Under the pieces are notes generated by a model. The model ran no database searches. It had not been told where the DNA came from and saw only the letters and a list, made by a program, of their open reading frames with translations. A stretch of 64,000 bases of DNA, taken from the NCBI GenBank assembly GCA_002633005.1, contig NMRA01000172.1, positions 120,229 to 184,228 of the forward strand. Direction: 5' to 3'. Position numbers and translations under genes: made by a program. Shown one piece after another: positions 1 to 14,100 of this stretch; the stretch's first letter is position 1; every line of letters begins with the position of its first letter. The DNA is from Phoronis australis (Eukaryota; Animalia; Phoronida).

Positions 1-3000
1 TAACAACGACCCCTATAATCCAGCTGACATAGTGGAATCGTTAAGAGCTCATAGATGGATCATTAACTCTGACGAGCAGGTAAGTCAATGCAACCAGTCT
101 ATTTTTATGCGTCCACATAATGTCTGGTTGTATATTGCCGTCTGAGCCTCCGCTGCTGTATCTCCTAAACCCTTGCAGGATCTTAATGAGATTTGTCAGA
201 TGTGTTCCTATGATACTGACGATAGGTGACTACGAGATTGATCTGACTACTGCTGTGCCCCCTAGTGACAATTTTATTTTTTACGTTTGCCTCTTTGTCT
301 TTGAACATGGTTTTTCATGAAATTTGGCCAACACAGGGGCCAATGTGACAATGCAACCCTGGACTTTGTTTGGATGTCTGGTAAAAATCTCAACTGGCCA
401 CTGAGCCATCATGCTACATCTAAGTTAAATAATGTTAATCCTTTCTGGGATATTTGTGAAAATTTGCAAGGGTTTTCCTACAAATGTGAATTGGGTTGCC
501 CATGACTTAGGACAGCTTTTACTACACTAGTGGCCATTCTAATTTTTAATTTTGTTTCTGCATCCTCAAGAGTTCCTTGATGATGGTTTTTCATGAAATT
601 CGACAAACAAGTTTCTCGATGATAGCCCTTTCCATTTTGGGATGGATTTGACATGTTCTGCTCCATCTAGAGGCCATTTTTAATTATTTTTTTCAAGTCT
701 GTTTTTGTCGTCTGCTTCAGTATCCACAAAACCACTCAAAGAATCATTATAAATGAAAATTGGCAGATGTGTTCCTACACACAAGAGGCCGACTGACATT
801 TTATTTTCAGATGAATCCAGTTATTGTAGTGCCCTCTAGAGGCATTTTTGGCTATATATCCTAATCCCCTTTGCAAAATCTTTTACAAGTGTATTCCTGT
901 TAACTTGACAACAGACGGACATATCTGATTACTGCTTTTCATCCTAGTGCCATTGTATCTTCTTTCATGTTTGCTTCTGTCTGTATCTTTGGAATTTCTT
1001 GACAGCGACTATAAGTCAAGTCTATGAAATATAACTTTCCTTTGTCCTCCTACTGTTTACAATATATCATTTTTTAACTGCTGATAGTCATTTGTCACCT
1101 AACTACTGAATGTTCTTTTGTCATTTTTTTCTGAACAGGATGCCCATGAACTATTCCACGTGTTTACGGAAACTTTGTCTGAGGAGATCTCTCAATACCC
1201 CAGTGTAGTGTCAATCCTGGATGTCAAGTCACTGCAGGTATTTTTAGAGTCTGTAACTTTCGGTCAAAATCACCTGAGTGAATATCATTTATTTTTAAGG
1301 ATATGCATGTGCAGATATCATCAAACCTGGTTTGAGAATTTCATTCTTGTGTTGTTTTTAATAGTTTTTACCATGGATCATAGGCAACAGATTTGCAACT
1401 CCGATATTTTCTTATGAAACTCAACTTCTGGATAGTGAGCAGACAATGTATATGCCCGATGTAAAACTATTGAATAGTGTTAGTCGGGATTTTGTACTTT
1501 GGGAATACACAGACCTGGTGGCCCATGTACTATATAGTCTATGGTATAACATGATGCGCGCATGTGTCTTAACTGATATTATTTGATCACCAATGGTCAC
1601 TGATTCTTTCCTGTCAAAGTGATTACAATTTTTTTTATCATTGCCTTTTAGACAGAATTCAATGTCTTAAAGTATTTCAAATCACTGGTCACTGAGCTTA
1701 ATATGCTATTCCTCCTACCAGCGTACTGCCACACATAGTCAGTCTGCCAAGTCAGCCAGCACCAGACAGCAGTGTTCTTTACCTGTACTCCCCTCCAGAA
1801 CAGAATGTAATCACCCATTTAAAGGTGCCTTGGCCAGCCGTCTGCAGTGTTGTCGTTGTGGTCACAAGGTATGTGTAGAATAGATGTGGTCCTGTTAATG
1901 TTGTCATAGTCTTTTGGAAACGCCAAAATAAAGATGACCTACTGCTAAATGTTGAGAAATGTTCGAAGTGCACGCTGGTTCTATCCCAAACCTTGTGATG
2001 TGTATTCAGATTTTAATTTACAATTAGCCATAGTCAGATTTGAACAAGACTTTGTATTTGAGTTGTGTGCTAATATGCTTCTTTTCCACTTACAAACGAA
2101 ATACGAAAATTATAAAATAAGATTATCAACTTGCATAAACTCATCTCAAAAATTCCTTTCTATGAAAGCACTTATTGCTTTCTACCATCAAAAGCTAATG
2201 AGAGATCAGCTGCCATAGTTACGTAGTTGCTTTTTGACCCTCAGTTCTGCTTGCTGATGCTTCTCAATACTCTGATTGGCCACTTTAAATTAGTTTCCTG
2301 CTCCTAAATACTCTGATTGGCTGCTTTGAATTGGTGTCTTGCTTCTGAATGCTCTTGTTGGCTACATGGCTACTTCAGTATCCTCTATCGTATAAGGTTG
2401 AAAGGTCTTTATCAGGGAGCCCCACACTTAACATAATGTCCACACACTGAGTAAGATTTGGCAAAATTCCCTGGTTGCTTAACAGGAACTGAGGTCGCCA
2501 AAAGGAGGAAACCTTGGGGAATTTCAAAAGTCCTGGTCCCTACAAACCATGCATTGTTGGTAGCAGCCAAAAATGAAATATTAAATGAAATACCCAAAGT
2601 GGAATACTGTGAATTCAGCAAATGTCTGCTGGTGCTAACAAGATTGCCAGACAGCATGTATTTTATTTTTTTAGTCAAATGGAATATTTGAAGTCTCACG
2701 TGCTCAATAATGACCAATCTCCTCTCAGCACCTAGTATCCCATGCAGGCGTACCTCCTAAGGCAGAAGCAGATAATCTGCATGCATTACATATGCATGAA
2801 TTATAAACAGGACCCTTCTTATTTTTGTCAAGCTATTACGTCTTCTGTCGCTTTGCTTCCTGAAGTTTTTTGAATGTCTGTGTGGTGACTTTGGCAACCT
2901 GGGATTTTTACCAGTTCTCCAGCAAAGTCTGAGGTCTCATTGACGACCTGCAGGTCACCAAATTGAGCCCTGCTTTAGACAATTTTATGTAATTGAAAAG

Positions 3001-6000
3001 TCTGTTTTATCATTGAAGTCGAATTATGCTCCTTTTGATTTTCCACCATCAATATCAATAAAGGCCCCCTCTGTAGCTCATTAGGTCTACAACAGCTAAT
3101 AATGCCTATGACTAGAATATAAATCGTGTCTGTCAAGTAGACGCTATTCATTTTGTGTGGTATGTTGTATATGGCTCATTTTCATAATTTCCATATTCCT
3201 TCTTTTTGCAGTATCCCGTGAAATTTGATAGTTTCGACAGCTTGTCTCTAAGTTTGCCAAACAGTGCAGTGGTAAGAAAAACGCGTGTGTAATAAAGTTG
3301 CAGCAGTAGTGAACTTGAGTGCTTTCTTCCAAAAATCATGTTTCGGTTTAGGCCACTTGCTGTTATAAAATTGGTCTCATATTGGTCCTTAGTCAAATTT
3401 GAGGTGATTCAGGGCTTGGAAAGAACTCTCTCATTTTGTTATTTCTTCAGATCAGGCTCGTAAAACTTAATTGGTTTGGACAGAAAACATAATCCATCAG
3501 TTCGTCTGTAGCCCAGAGGTCTCTTCAAAACTGAGGATTAATAAAATAAGACTACTTCTATAAAGCTAAGTGACACAAGTCAGAACTCATTTTTTGACAG
3601 AAGGCATAGGTTTAACGCCGACACAGTATTCTGTGTGGTGCTAAATTATTCTCTTTTGATTATTGGTATTAAGTGAAAAACATAAAGCTATTATGGTATA
3701 GGGGAGTTCATGCGATAAAAATCCTGGGTAAATACCTAGTAAATGCATACCTTCTTTAGGTAGAATCATTGTTTCTTTAGTGCCACTTAGAGAATTCGAA
3801 GCTCCTCGTCTGCACAGACGGCCACCATTTTCACAGCCAGGTTTTAAAAATTGAATTATGCCTTCTAAGTTGAATTGGTTAGGAAATAGATTATTTTATT
3901 AAAAATAGACTGAAAGAGCTCCATGCCATGGGAAACTTCTTACCTTGGCCCAAGTTTTCTCAACTGATTTTGGTACAAACTATATGACTCATGATTGGAG
4001 AAAATTAAAACATGACATGCAGTATAAATCACAGTGATTTTTGATGACTGATTCATTATAATTGCTATGCAATCTTTTGTTTACATTCTAATCACATTTG
4101 TTCCATTTGTCATGTGACTGTACCTGGATTATAAAAGCTATTGGTTATATTACTTCATGGTCATGAATGAATGATCGGGCAAAGCTCTGTTTCAGTATCC
4201 TTTTACTTTGGACCAACTGCTCAGGCGTTTCGTCTCCACGGAAACAGTTCCAAGTGTTAACTGTGAACGTTGTTCTAAGGCTCGACATACCTCAAGTGCT
4301 CCTGAGGTTTCCAGGGCTACACAGATTCCGTTTTCTAAGAGCCTTGCTATTGGAAAGGTCAGTAGACTATGCAGGTTATGTCAACTGCTGATTGGTGACA
4401 TGTCAACAGTGTGTAAACTACATAGAACTTCTTTAATAGTTTTTATTTACAATTCCGTCTGTTCATGTCAGTTGTGATTACAACACATTAACCTAAACAG
4501 TTGAATCTGGAAATGCTTTTCAATTATCGTTCATTTTCTGGTAAGTGTGGTAATTTTTGTTTTGAATTTCAATCCAATTTCACTCTAGCTCCATACACTG
4601 GATTTTCCGATTTTCCTGCTGTTTTTGTTGGTGGTCTAAGGCCTGTCATTTGTAGTTTGGTAGTTCTTGTAAACATGCAATGCAGCTGCGACAGGAGCTG
4701 CATATTTTGAAATTATTACCAGCCTAATTGTTAAAGGGTTAGTACTGGTCCTAAAAATTCACTGTCTGCAAAATTGTTATCGTATGTGAATCATGACAAA
4801 AAAGAGGAACATTTTCTGGGTGATTTATCGTTCTACAATTAAAGAGGCTCATGTGATAGAAATAGTTTTTGTGACCTGAAATTCAACTGCAAAAAATGCT
4901 TTTTGCATGAATAAAGTCAAAATAATGACAAAAAAGATGAAAAAAGATTAATCTGGAAATCAAATAAGAGGAAATTGAAACCAAAAAAGAGGAAATCCTC
5001 TTAAAATAGGAAAATTCCAAGCCCTGCAGATGGTCAAACGGTTAAGCCAACTACAGCTCTAGGTTTATCCAGTTTCTTCACATGATCGTGAGCAGCCATG
5101 CCGTCTCCATGGACTCGACATTATTGGCAAAGAGTCTAATGGGCACTGACGGAAGATCAAGGAATCTATTAAGATTCATACTCGACGCACCCCGTTGAAC
5201 CATAGCCTAGGTGGCAACTTATATCCCATGTACTGTCTACTGCTACTTAACAATGAAAGCGCGGCTGGTATCTCAGTCGCTGACAAAAGCTGATAGTATA
5301 TGCTAAAGAAACGTATTTACTTGTTTCAAATTGATTTCAGTTACTATGTCTCCTTTTTCTTATTGCTTAAGGCATGTTCTTATAATGTGTAGTCATTTAA
5401 AATTTTAGCATGTGTTTTTCAAAGAACAGATATAGATTAAAATGTTATTAAAAAAATTTCTGTACTAACGTCTTTTTGATGCTTTGTAGTTGCCACAATG
5501 CCTGTGCATTCACATCCAGAGGACGGTGTGGCTCGACAATGGCATGCCTATGAAGAGGTTTGAACATGTGCAATTCCCGGAGATTCTCTCTATGGATGAC
5601 TATGTACATCATAAGTGTTCTCAGAGAACTGTGTATGGGGGACTACTGTTTGGTGGCAGGGCCTCCTCTGAAAGGTAGAGATTTTGTTGGGAGTTAGAAA
5701 CTAGTCGTCTTAACTTGATGTTTTGATTTTCGATCTCTGGGACCTACTGACGTCAGCATAAAGTGTAAGATTATGTCAAAACAAACCTACAACATATACA
5801 CACCATTGACACAGCTCCATAACGAACCACTATTTTTGCCAGTTTGTCGCTATTTTAATAGACATCTGCATTGTATTGTTGAGTCGAATAAAACGTGCCC
5901 ACATTTTTCGCAATTGCATAGAGAAGTTACTGGGTCAAAATCAATGTTGCGCTGTCAAGTACTTATTTCAATCAAAGTCAACAGGGTTTCACGAACACAA

Positions 6001-7165
6001 TCATCATCATATTCTGAAAGTTTGGTGCAGATCCGTTGCCTGCTTTTAGTTATTAGTTAATCTGACAAGCTTAACACTGCAACATTCAAACATCAGTCAA
6101 GAATCTGGTAAACCTAATAGACCTGTTCAGGACTTGAAATGACATGTGGTTCTACAAATAGCTTTATGCAATTGAAATAGTTTTTGTTTATTTGTAAAAT
6201 TTATTTGCTAGAAACATTTTTGTATGAAAAAGTAATGAAAGACAAAAAAGGAAAAAATGAAATCGAAACTACGTAAGAGGAAATCTTCTGAAGAGGAAAG
6301 CACAAGCCTCACCTAATGAAGTTGTGGTAGAAACTTTCTGTATTCTATTTGTCAGGTATTTGGAATGTGAAACAGGGAAAAGTGTAATCAGGTTGCCATC
6401 CAGTCTTGCTATCTGAACCCATTCCCCTATCTCATTCCCCAATTTTCCCTCGAGTAACAATTGTTTGGCGATCTGTAGTTGCCAAAATGGGCTTGTGATC
6501 AGAGCCAGTTTGCATGAAACTTCATAGGTCTCATTGCTGAATGTTGCCAAATTGGGTCTTTCAAAAATTGGAAATAATGGGGAATGGTATAATGTATGTA
6601 TTGTTATGAAGTGTACAGCTTTCATGCAGCCAAATTTAGGAAACTTGTTGCCTTTTACAGAATTCCATCTCAGGTTGGCATTCCTGTTACGCCCAATGCT
6701 GGTCTGGTCAGTGGTATTAAGACTCAGCAGACGGACTCCAGTCGTACAGGACAGGTATTGAATAACACGTCCAGTGAAGAGACTTGTCAACTAGCTGGAC
6801 AGGAAGTTGGAGTGAAAGGTGATACTCTTGATGAAATATCCGGCAGTCAAAAACTGTGCCACAGCTTGCCAGTGTCTGGTCAAAGTGTACCATCAGTTTT
6901 ATCATTACCGGCAGAGAAACTGGGAAATGAAATGACACAGCGCTGCATGTCCCAACAAGAAAAACTCTATCACCTGGTGTCTGTAGTTTGCCACATGGGT
7001 GATGTGTTGTCTGGACATTTTATCTGTTATCGACGCACACCTCCAGTCGGTGGAGAGCTGAGTAGGATTTGGCTGAGAACGTCAGATGAGTTAGTTACGA
7101 GAGTGGATATCTCCGAAGTATTGATGTCAACTGCTTACCTACTGTTTTATGAAAAAATGACTTGA
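1..7165 (+). CDS. USP30: Ubiquitin carboxyl-terminal hydrolase 30 (USP30), 5'-partial, 7 coding exons in window
   Basis: Exons <1-79, 1139-1237, 1722-1868, 3212-3271, 4196-4357, 5490-5674, 6661-7165, all GT-AG and frame-consistent. Joined peptide has LRAHRWIINSDEQ|DAHELFHV, HPFKGALASRLQCCRCGHK, VKFDSFDSLSLSLP, LAIGK|LPQCLCIHIQR..KRFEHVQF, His-box VVCHMGDVLSGHFICYRR and AYLLFYE; these match USP30 motifs as I recall them. The Cys box lies upstream of the window. Confidence 0.93.
5075..5320 (+). mobile_element. Degenerate Penelope-like GIY-YIG remnant in a USP30 intron
   Basis: IIGKESNGH*RKIKESIKIHTRRTPLNHSLGGNLYPMYCLLL. Confidence 0.45.
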
Positions 7166-7243
7166 AAGGAATGTATGCAGCTAATGTCTCTCTTCCTCAC
7201 ATTGAGGATCCATGTTGGAACAACCTGTTGTACTTACTTGGTG

Positions 7244-7254
7244 AATAAAATAAA
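7244..7254 (+). promoter_or_regulatory. Candidate USP30 polyadenylation signals (overlapping AATAAA)
   Basis: AATAAAATAAA about 80 nt after the TGA at 7163-7165. Confidence 0.55.
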
Positions 7255-7403
7255 TAAGTTAACTGCATTATTTATTTGAATGAGCCAAATTCAAATTTCA
7301 TACAACAACTTAACACCACAATACAAATTTTGTAAAACAGTACGCCTGGTCCGCTCAGTAATAACTAATAATCTGAACCACGAAGTTCATAACAACATAA
7401 TAA

Positions 7404-9656
7404 ATGTTAGTAAGTTATGCTAACAGAAAGATAAAAGGAGTTTTGTTGGCTGGATACGAAGTACCTCAGAATGACTGGATGTTTCAAAATCTCCCTTGAA
7501 GAGAACACCAGTGTGTAACATACATTGGTGGAGGTGTCACTCACTCCTACTGGGGTGGGAGTGACTTGATGTTTCAAAATCTTCCTTGAAGAGAACACTA
7601 GTGTGTGACATACATTGGTGGAGGAGTCACTCACTCCTACTGGGGTGGGAGTGACTTGATGTTTCAAAATCTCCCTTGAAGAGAACACCAGTGTGTGACA
7701 TACATTGGTGGAGGAGTCACTCACTCCTACTGGGGTGGGAGTGACTTGATGTTTCAAAATCTCCCTTGAAGAGAACACGAGTGTGTGACATACATTGGTG
7801 GAGGTGTCACTCACTCCTTCTGGGACGGGTTACACATCACACAAGATCCATATTTTTTTATTGATTTGTTTTTTAAAGGTAATCCACTTTCATACTTCCA
7901 TAAATGTCAAACATGTCTGGCACTTTCGTATTTTCGGAACCAAAATCTTTTGAAACTTGGGGGGTCCATTCAATTGCATTTGTGGAATTGTATTATTTGC
8001 CTAACTTTGCACATTAACCTAACAGGGCAAGCTCATTTCAAGATGAGAGCTTCGCACAGAAGCCTGTGTTGTACACGGGACACCCCAATCTTTTCATAAC
8101 GGAATGAAGATCACTAACTCAATTTGAAAATGTATTTTTTTACGATACTTCACATACCCAAAATTTCCAACGATAGATAGAAAAACCCACAACTTTTGCA
8201 ATCACTACTGTGTCCTTTGCTATTGATATCAACCAGCAACCCAAAGTTAAAATTTTGTGTCCTCCAAACATGTCAGTCTCTAAGTAAAACCTAATAACCT
8301 GTGAATAACAGTTTCTGTTAACAATCACCTGTTTCAGGTGTCAATGAATCAACACAAGACGATTTTAATTAATTGCGTGTGGTAATTCCATTGAAATGGT
8401 GATGTGTAGATATTATCAAGAGATAACAGCATGAGTGAGGTATGGTTAACACAACAAACGCACCATAATTCAAACATCTGTGAAAAACAAAGTACATCAC
8501 AACAGGGCTGTACCAGATTACCCAGTGACAATCTCATAATTACCCGCAATGTTGTAATATCCGTCAAGCACTTATGTAGTGCCACGGTTTTCACACCATT
8601 GGAGTTCCACATGTTCTTTTTTATATTCTTTACGTCAAGGTCTTCTTTGCTCTATTGCACTNATGTTAGTAAGTTACACTAACAAAAAAGATAAAAGGAG
8701 TTTTGTGGGCTGGATACGAAGTACCTCAGAATGACTGGATGTTTCAAAATCTCCCTTGAAGAGAACACCAGTGTGTGGCATACATTGGTGGAGGTGTCAC
8801 TCACTCCTACTGGGACGGTTACACATCACACATGATCCATATTTTCGTTTTGATTCGTTTTTTAAAGGTAATCCACTTTGATACTTCCATAAATGTCAAA
8901 CATGTCTGGCACCTTCGTATTTTTTCGGAACCAAAATCTTTTGAAACTTGGGGGGGGGTCCATTCAATTGCATTTGTGGAATTGTATTATTTGCCTAACT
9001 TTGCACATTAACCTAACAGGGCAAGTTCATTTCAAGATGAGAGCTTCGCACAGAAGCCTGTGTTGTACACGGGACACCCCAATCTTTTCATAACGGAATG
9101 AAGATCACTAACTCAATTTGAAAATGTATTTTTTTTACGATACTTCACATACCCAAAATTTCCAACGATAGATAGAAAAACCCACAACTTTTGCAATCAC
9201 TACTGTGTCCTTTGCTATTGATATCAACCAGCAACCCAAAGTTAAAATTTTGTGTCCTCCAAACATGTCAGTCTCTAAGTAAAACCTAATAACCTGTGAA
9301 TAACAGTTTCTGTTAACAATCACCTGTTTCAGGTGTCAATGAATCAACACAAGACGATTTTAATTAATTGCGTGTGGTAATTCCATTGAAATGGTGATGT
9401 GTAGATATTATCAAGAGATAACAGCATGAGTGAGGTATGGTTAACACAACAAACGCACCATAATTCAAACATCTGTGAAAAACAAAGTACATCACAACAG
9501 GGCTGTACCAGATTACCCAGTGACAATCTCATAATTACCCGCAATGTTGTAATATCCGTCAAGCACTTATGTAGTGCCACGGTTTTCACACCATTGGAGT
9601 TCCACATGTTCTTTTTTATATTCTTTACGTCAAGGTCTTCTTTGCTCTATTGCACT
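7404..9656. repeat. Near-identical direct duplication (7404-8661 and 8663-9656) joined by a single N
   Basis: Both copies start atgttagtaagtta and end ctattgcact; identical spurious ORFs occur in both; N at 8662. Confidence 0.9.
7478..7818. repeat. 90-bp tandem repeat, about 4 copies
   Basis: gagaacac recurs at 7501, 7591, 7681, 7771; source of the repetitive ORF 7407-7814. Confidence 0.9.
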
Positions 9657-11196
9657 ACTCGTCCATCCAATGTGAGCAATGTATTACTGCTGTGCTGTGG
9701 GCTGTAACTACGATGGGACAAAGTTGGATAAACTCGACAAAATATATTCCGTGGAAGCATGATGTTCATTTATTTGCCTTCTTGACATCAAAGACAAGAC
9801 AATGTGGAGATAGTGGATAAAACAAGTTTGTTCTCCATTCTTCAATATGTATTTCGGTAGTTTTGATATAAAATCAGAAATATTTACGCGCGCATACACC
9901 GTGGCGGTTTCCGACATAAAATGTGCCTGGCATTCCAAAACAAGGCAGGCACTTTCATACCCTTGGCACAGAGGAAGAATTCTTGCTGTGTAATCTGGGA
10001 CAACCCTATTAAAGCATGGTATAAATACGATTTGTAGCACAACAAAATTGTTGAAATTAAGACTAGAGATACAATGTATTGCAAACAAACATCTAGGTAA
10101 AAAAAACTAACTACAAGACTTTTACTAGCTCGCTTCAATATAGAACATTTTAAACACGAAACAGACGAATTGTAATAAATTTACATTCAACAAGTGAAAT
10201 GGGTCAAAATAATCATACTCACTGACAAAATCTAAAACACATGAATGACAATAAAACTAATGAATGTTGCAGTCCTTTGTGATACACATTTTAACAGATT
10301 AAGCAGTTTGTTAACATCAAAACTTTCTACTATAACAGGAACAACTCACTGGCACGTTAAAGCTACAATTCCCAACAATTAAACTTCACATTCAAAACGT
10401 GCTTACACTACCTTAATTAGGTCAACTCGAAATTGCAAACTTCAAACTGGAATAAGTATAATTAACAGTGGTGTATCTTGTTAAGGCAATGAACAAACTC
10501 AATTCAGTCCATAGTTTTATCATGTAGAATTCGAAATACTACTACAACAAAAGTTCCACCCCAAAACGAACTAAGACTGGACAAAGGTATTCAAACGTGA
10601 TCTGCATGGGGATTTAAAGTGAGATTGTGAACATTCCAGGCTCACAACGATCATTGCTGATATAAAGGAACATGTATTAATGGTCTGTCTTCGATTTTTG
10701 TTTTTGACAGAACATTCCTTTAGTTATTGTCCAGTTGTTACTGGGCTTCGCTCAAAATTCGTTTTCCTGAACATTGTGAGCAAATTGTAATTGTGATACA
10801 CTGACGACTAATTTGGTGAAAAAACGTTCAGCAAGAACTTGGAATTTTCCTCTTTCCCAATCACCAAAAATTTGTCTAGAATTTAATTCTAAAAACGGAC
10901 GTACAGATCCCTAATTAATCCTTAATTATTTTGTACAAAAACTCCCATCACTTCTGATAAGTCGGGTAAAACATGCCCGCATTTTGAGAACCAGTTTTCT
11001 CTACTGGATACTGGGCATCAAACTGGTTCTCAAAGTGGGAGCACATTATATCCGACTATTGCCTCTTTCTCATATGCCAGTTAGCCAGCAAGATCACTGC
11101 AGACATACACACACAGGACTGCATAGCCTGCCCAATGACACCAACAGATGCCAATCACTCCTGTCAAAAACAACATACGGCCAATCAGATGCTAGA

Positions 11197-14100
11197 TCAT
11201 CGATCTGCTTCTCCAGCACCCGCCCCATTGATCTTGTACGTCTCCTCCTCTTCAGATTCAGTCTCCTCACTGTCACTTCGTATGTCTTTTTGAACCTTGC
11301 ACAAACACAATTATCAGACGCATTAGTTTCGTCAAGTGTTATCATAATTAAAGACTAAAGCCAATGTTTTCAGGTTAATTTCAAAATAATAATACAGATT
11401 ACGGGTTACCTTAGACATATTTCAATGTAATTAGTGTTCCTTTACCCTTATTAACAACACATGCAACACTACTGAGATGACTAGCAAGTTGGGCTCCATG
11501 AGTTCTGAGTTATATTCCACTGAGCAAATAAAATGACCAATTGAACTTGCATTGTGTCTAAAGGTCTGTAAGGTGTAATACCATCAATTTAAGACACCGT
11601 AAGGTGGGAGATTCTAACATTACCTGCAACACTGAACGCCTTGTTCACGTAGAACACAATGAACAATTCAGTACCAATTTTCAATCTTCCACAATAGACC
11701 TTTCTAAGTTTAAGTTTGACCATCAAAATATGTATGTAACTTGAAAACAACACTTCTCAGCATTTTTGGAGTTTCAGTTGACAGATGATCACATTCAGCG
11801 CCCCCTTCCGACATTCACTACGCCAAGCACTGGTCATTTTAACCACAGCCAATTAAGGAAGTAACTGGGAATTCTGGGTTGAGGGAGAGACATTTTGTAA
11901 GTTTAATATTACACTTTTACTAAAGATGTCTGAATTTTTAAGAGCAGCTAACAACTAGCCATAAGAACTGTTCGCACAAATGAACTGTTGGACACGTTTG
12001 TCTTTTAAACTGCTTTACAGAGCTCATTAGCTGTCAAGTGATCTGTCACGAATTTAAAACAATCACTCAGTCAGCAAAGTTTGGTTCACTTGTACTGGTA
12101 CTAGTCATAAAGCAAGACTTTGTACACATATACCTTAGCAAAGTCATATGTGTGCGTTTGAAACCAGAACTGAGAGCACTTAAGTGAGAACAAAACTGAA
12201 ACTACAACCAGTACAAACTGTCTCTCACGTCACGCCAGATCCACCAATCGCATGCAGGAATTGTTGTTATACTCATCCACCAGGGGTCAGACATGCATTA
12301 GCTGCCATAGTGACGCCTTGTGTGAGACTTTGTACAGATGCTGCCTAAGAATAAGGACTAGCTGCGCTCTAGGCATGCATGCTGGGAGACTGTTCTATGC
12401 GAAAACAGTGAGCGCAGCAGAGATTCATAAAGAAACATTGAACAATATAGGCTTGATGAGGACACAACCACATTGTCTAGAGGTAACTTGTCAAGCCCCG
12501 GTAAAGAATGAGTCGAAGTGTCAATTACAAATCAACAACCACTAAGCAACAAGCCATGGTCTTCACTAAGGGAAAACATGTCGCGGCAATCCTATTATCT
12601 GTTCTATGTCAGGCAGCAGAGTCATTTGTGCGCGGTTTAAAAAAAACTGCAAAATGCAGTGAAAGCTCAATACATGTCAGTTTGGTAAAGCCAGCTGCAA
12701 TACCTTGTCAGCCACTTATAATGCAAACAGTGAAAAGCAAGCAACGTATGAATTCAAAAAGATGAATCCAATGTCAACGTGTCAACCTAATAAGACGAGA
12801 GCACCCTGTTAAACGCAGTCTTGACTTAACAGGCAGAGGTATGAGACTAGTCACGCGTTGAGTGCACGTAGTACAGAGAGCAGACTATGGGTCAGACATG
12901 GCGGGATATGGCTTCTCAGAACAGTAAATAATACCTTGTGAACCACGGCAAGATAGGCGATTCGTAATATCATATAGTACCACATTACATGCAGTACTTG
13001 AAGCAGGCCGAGGAGAATTTGGTAGCCGAACAGGGAGCTGTACGGGCCCAAAATGGCCTCGCTCTCGACCCAGACGCTATACTGCACCCTGCGAATTAAA
13101 GAAGGCACAAATACACTCAGTCACCAGGACATGGCCCTGTCGACAGGACATGACCCAGTCGGCAGGACATGACCCTGTTGACAGGACATGACTTGACAAA
13201 ACACACCAAAGTATGGTTCTGGCTTAAAAAACGAAAAGGACATTTTATCAAGTCATGCGAAAGTTAATTTCAAAAGATTCAGCAATTTAGAACTCGAGTG
13301 GGAATTAATTTGGTCTCGCAGAAATGCAATCATTTACAGGGGGAGACAACACGGTGTGTTGGTGACGTGTTTGGGGGCCATGATTAAAATATTCTCACAT
13401 AAAACTATGAAACAAAAGCAGTAATAGTCAAAAGGGTTCTTCAGGATGTGGCAAAAGATCAAATCTAAAAAAGCAAAACCTGAATTACAGGCTACAACCA
13501 TACAGAACAAGGACTGTATCATTCTTAACTGACACCAAAAGAGGGCACTCAAAGATGTCTTGAATGCTTTCTGCTAACGATCAATCTGAAACACGAAAAA
13601 TATTTTGATCATCAATGTTCATCTCACAGAAGACATATATAACTAAAACTAGAGAGAAGTACGCATTCTACGGAGTGAGTCAAACATGCAGACAGCGCTC
13701 TAGAAGCATGCAAGCATATCCAAGAGCTCATGAACCCTTGACAGGTGAACCACATGCAAAGAAGTTACACTGAAGCAAAGCATGCTGGGACACTTCATCA
13801 GTAAGCTAACTATTGAAGGTAAGCACAAACACACACCCAAACACATACTAACAGAGAGAGAGTGTCATGTGACTAAAGTCATCTGACCAAGAGAGATTCA
13901 CTACATTGTGGGGTTAGCTAGAAGTGAGAGATGTTATTTTCAAGTTATTAGTTAAAATGGTTGGCACAACAAAAGTTGAAATGTGTTTGTGCATCGTGGC
14001 AAATACCGGTACCTCATACGGTAATAGTTGCTGCCGGCAGCATCTCATCACAGAGGAGAGCTGTGCGTAAAACAACATAGGACAACAAACACTGAAGATT

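Noticed and set aside
5278-5318. Hammerhead ribozyme at the end of the Penelope remnant (ctgacaaa..gaaacg)
   Set aside because: The CUGANGA core is mutated and stem II does not pair.
6269-6790. 173-aa minus-strand ORF
   Set aside because: Antisense to the USP30 intron and last exon, with no recognisable domain.
7407-7814. 135-aa repetitive ORF, or a CRISPR-like array
   Set aside because: A 90-bp head-to-tail repeat with no unique spacers in eukaryotic DNA; the same applies to the 41-, 40-, 20- and 17-bp arrays.
11094-11345. 83-aa minus-strand ORF with an Arg-rich run
   Set aside because: Alternative frame of the true CerS terminal exon (VQKDIRSDSEE...).
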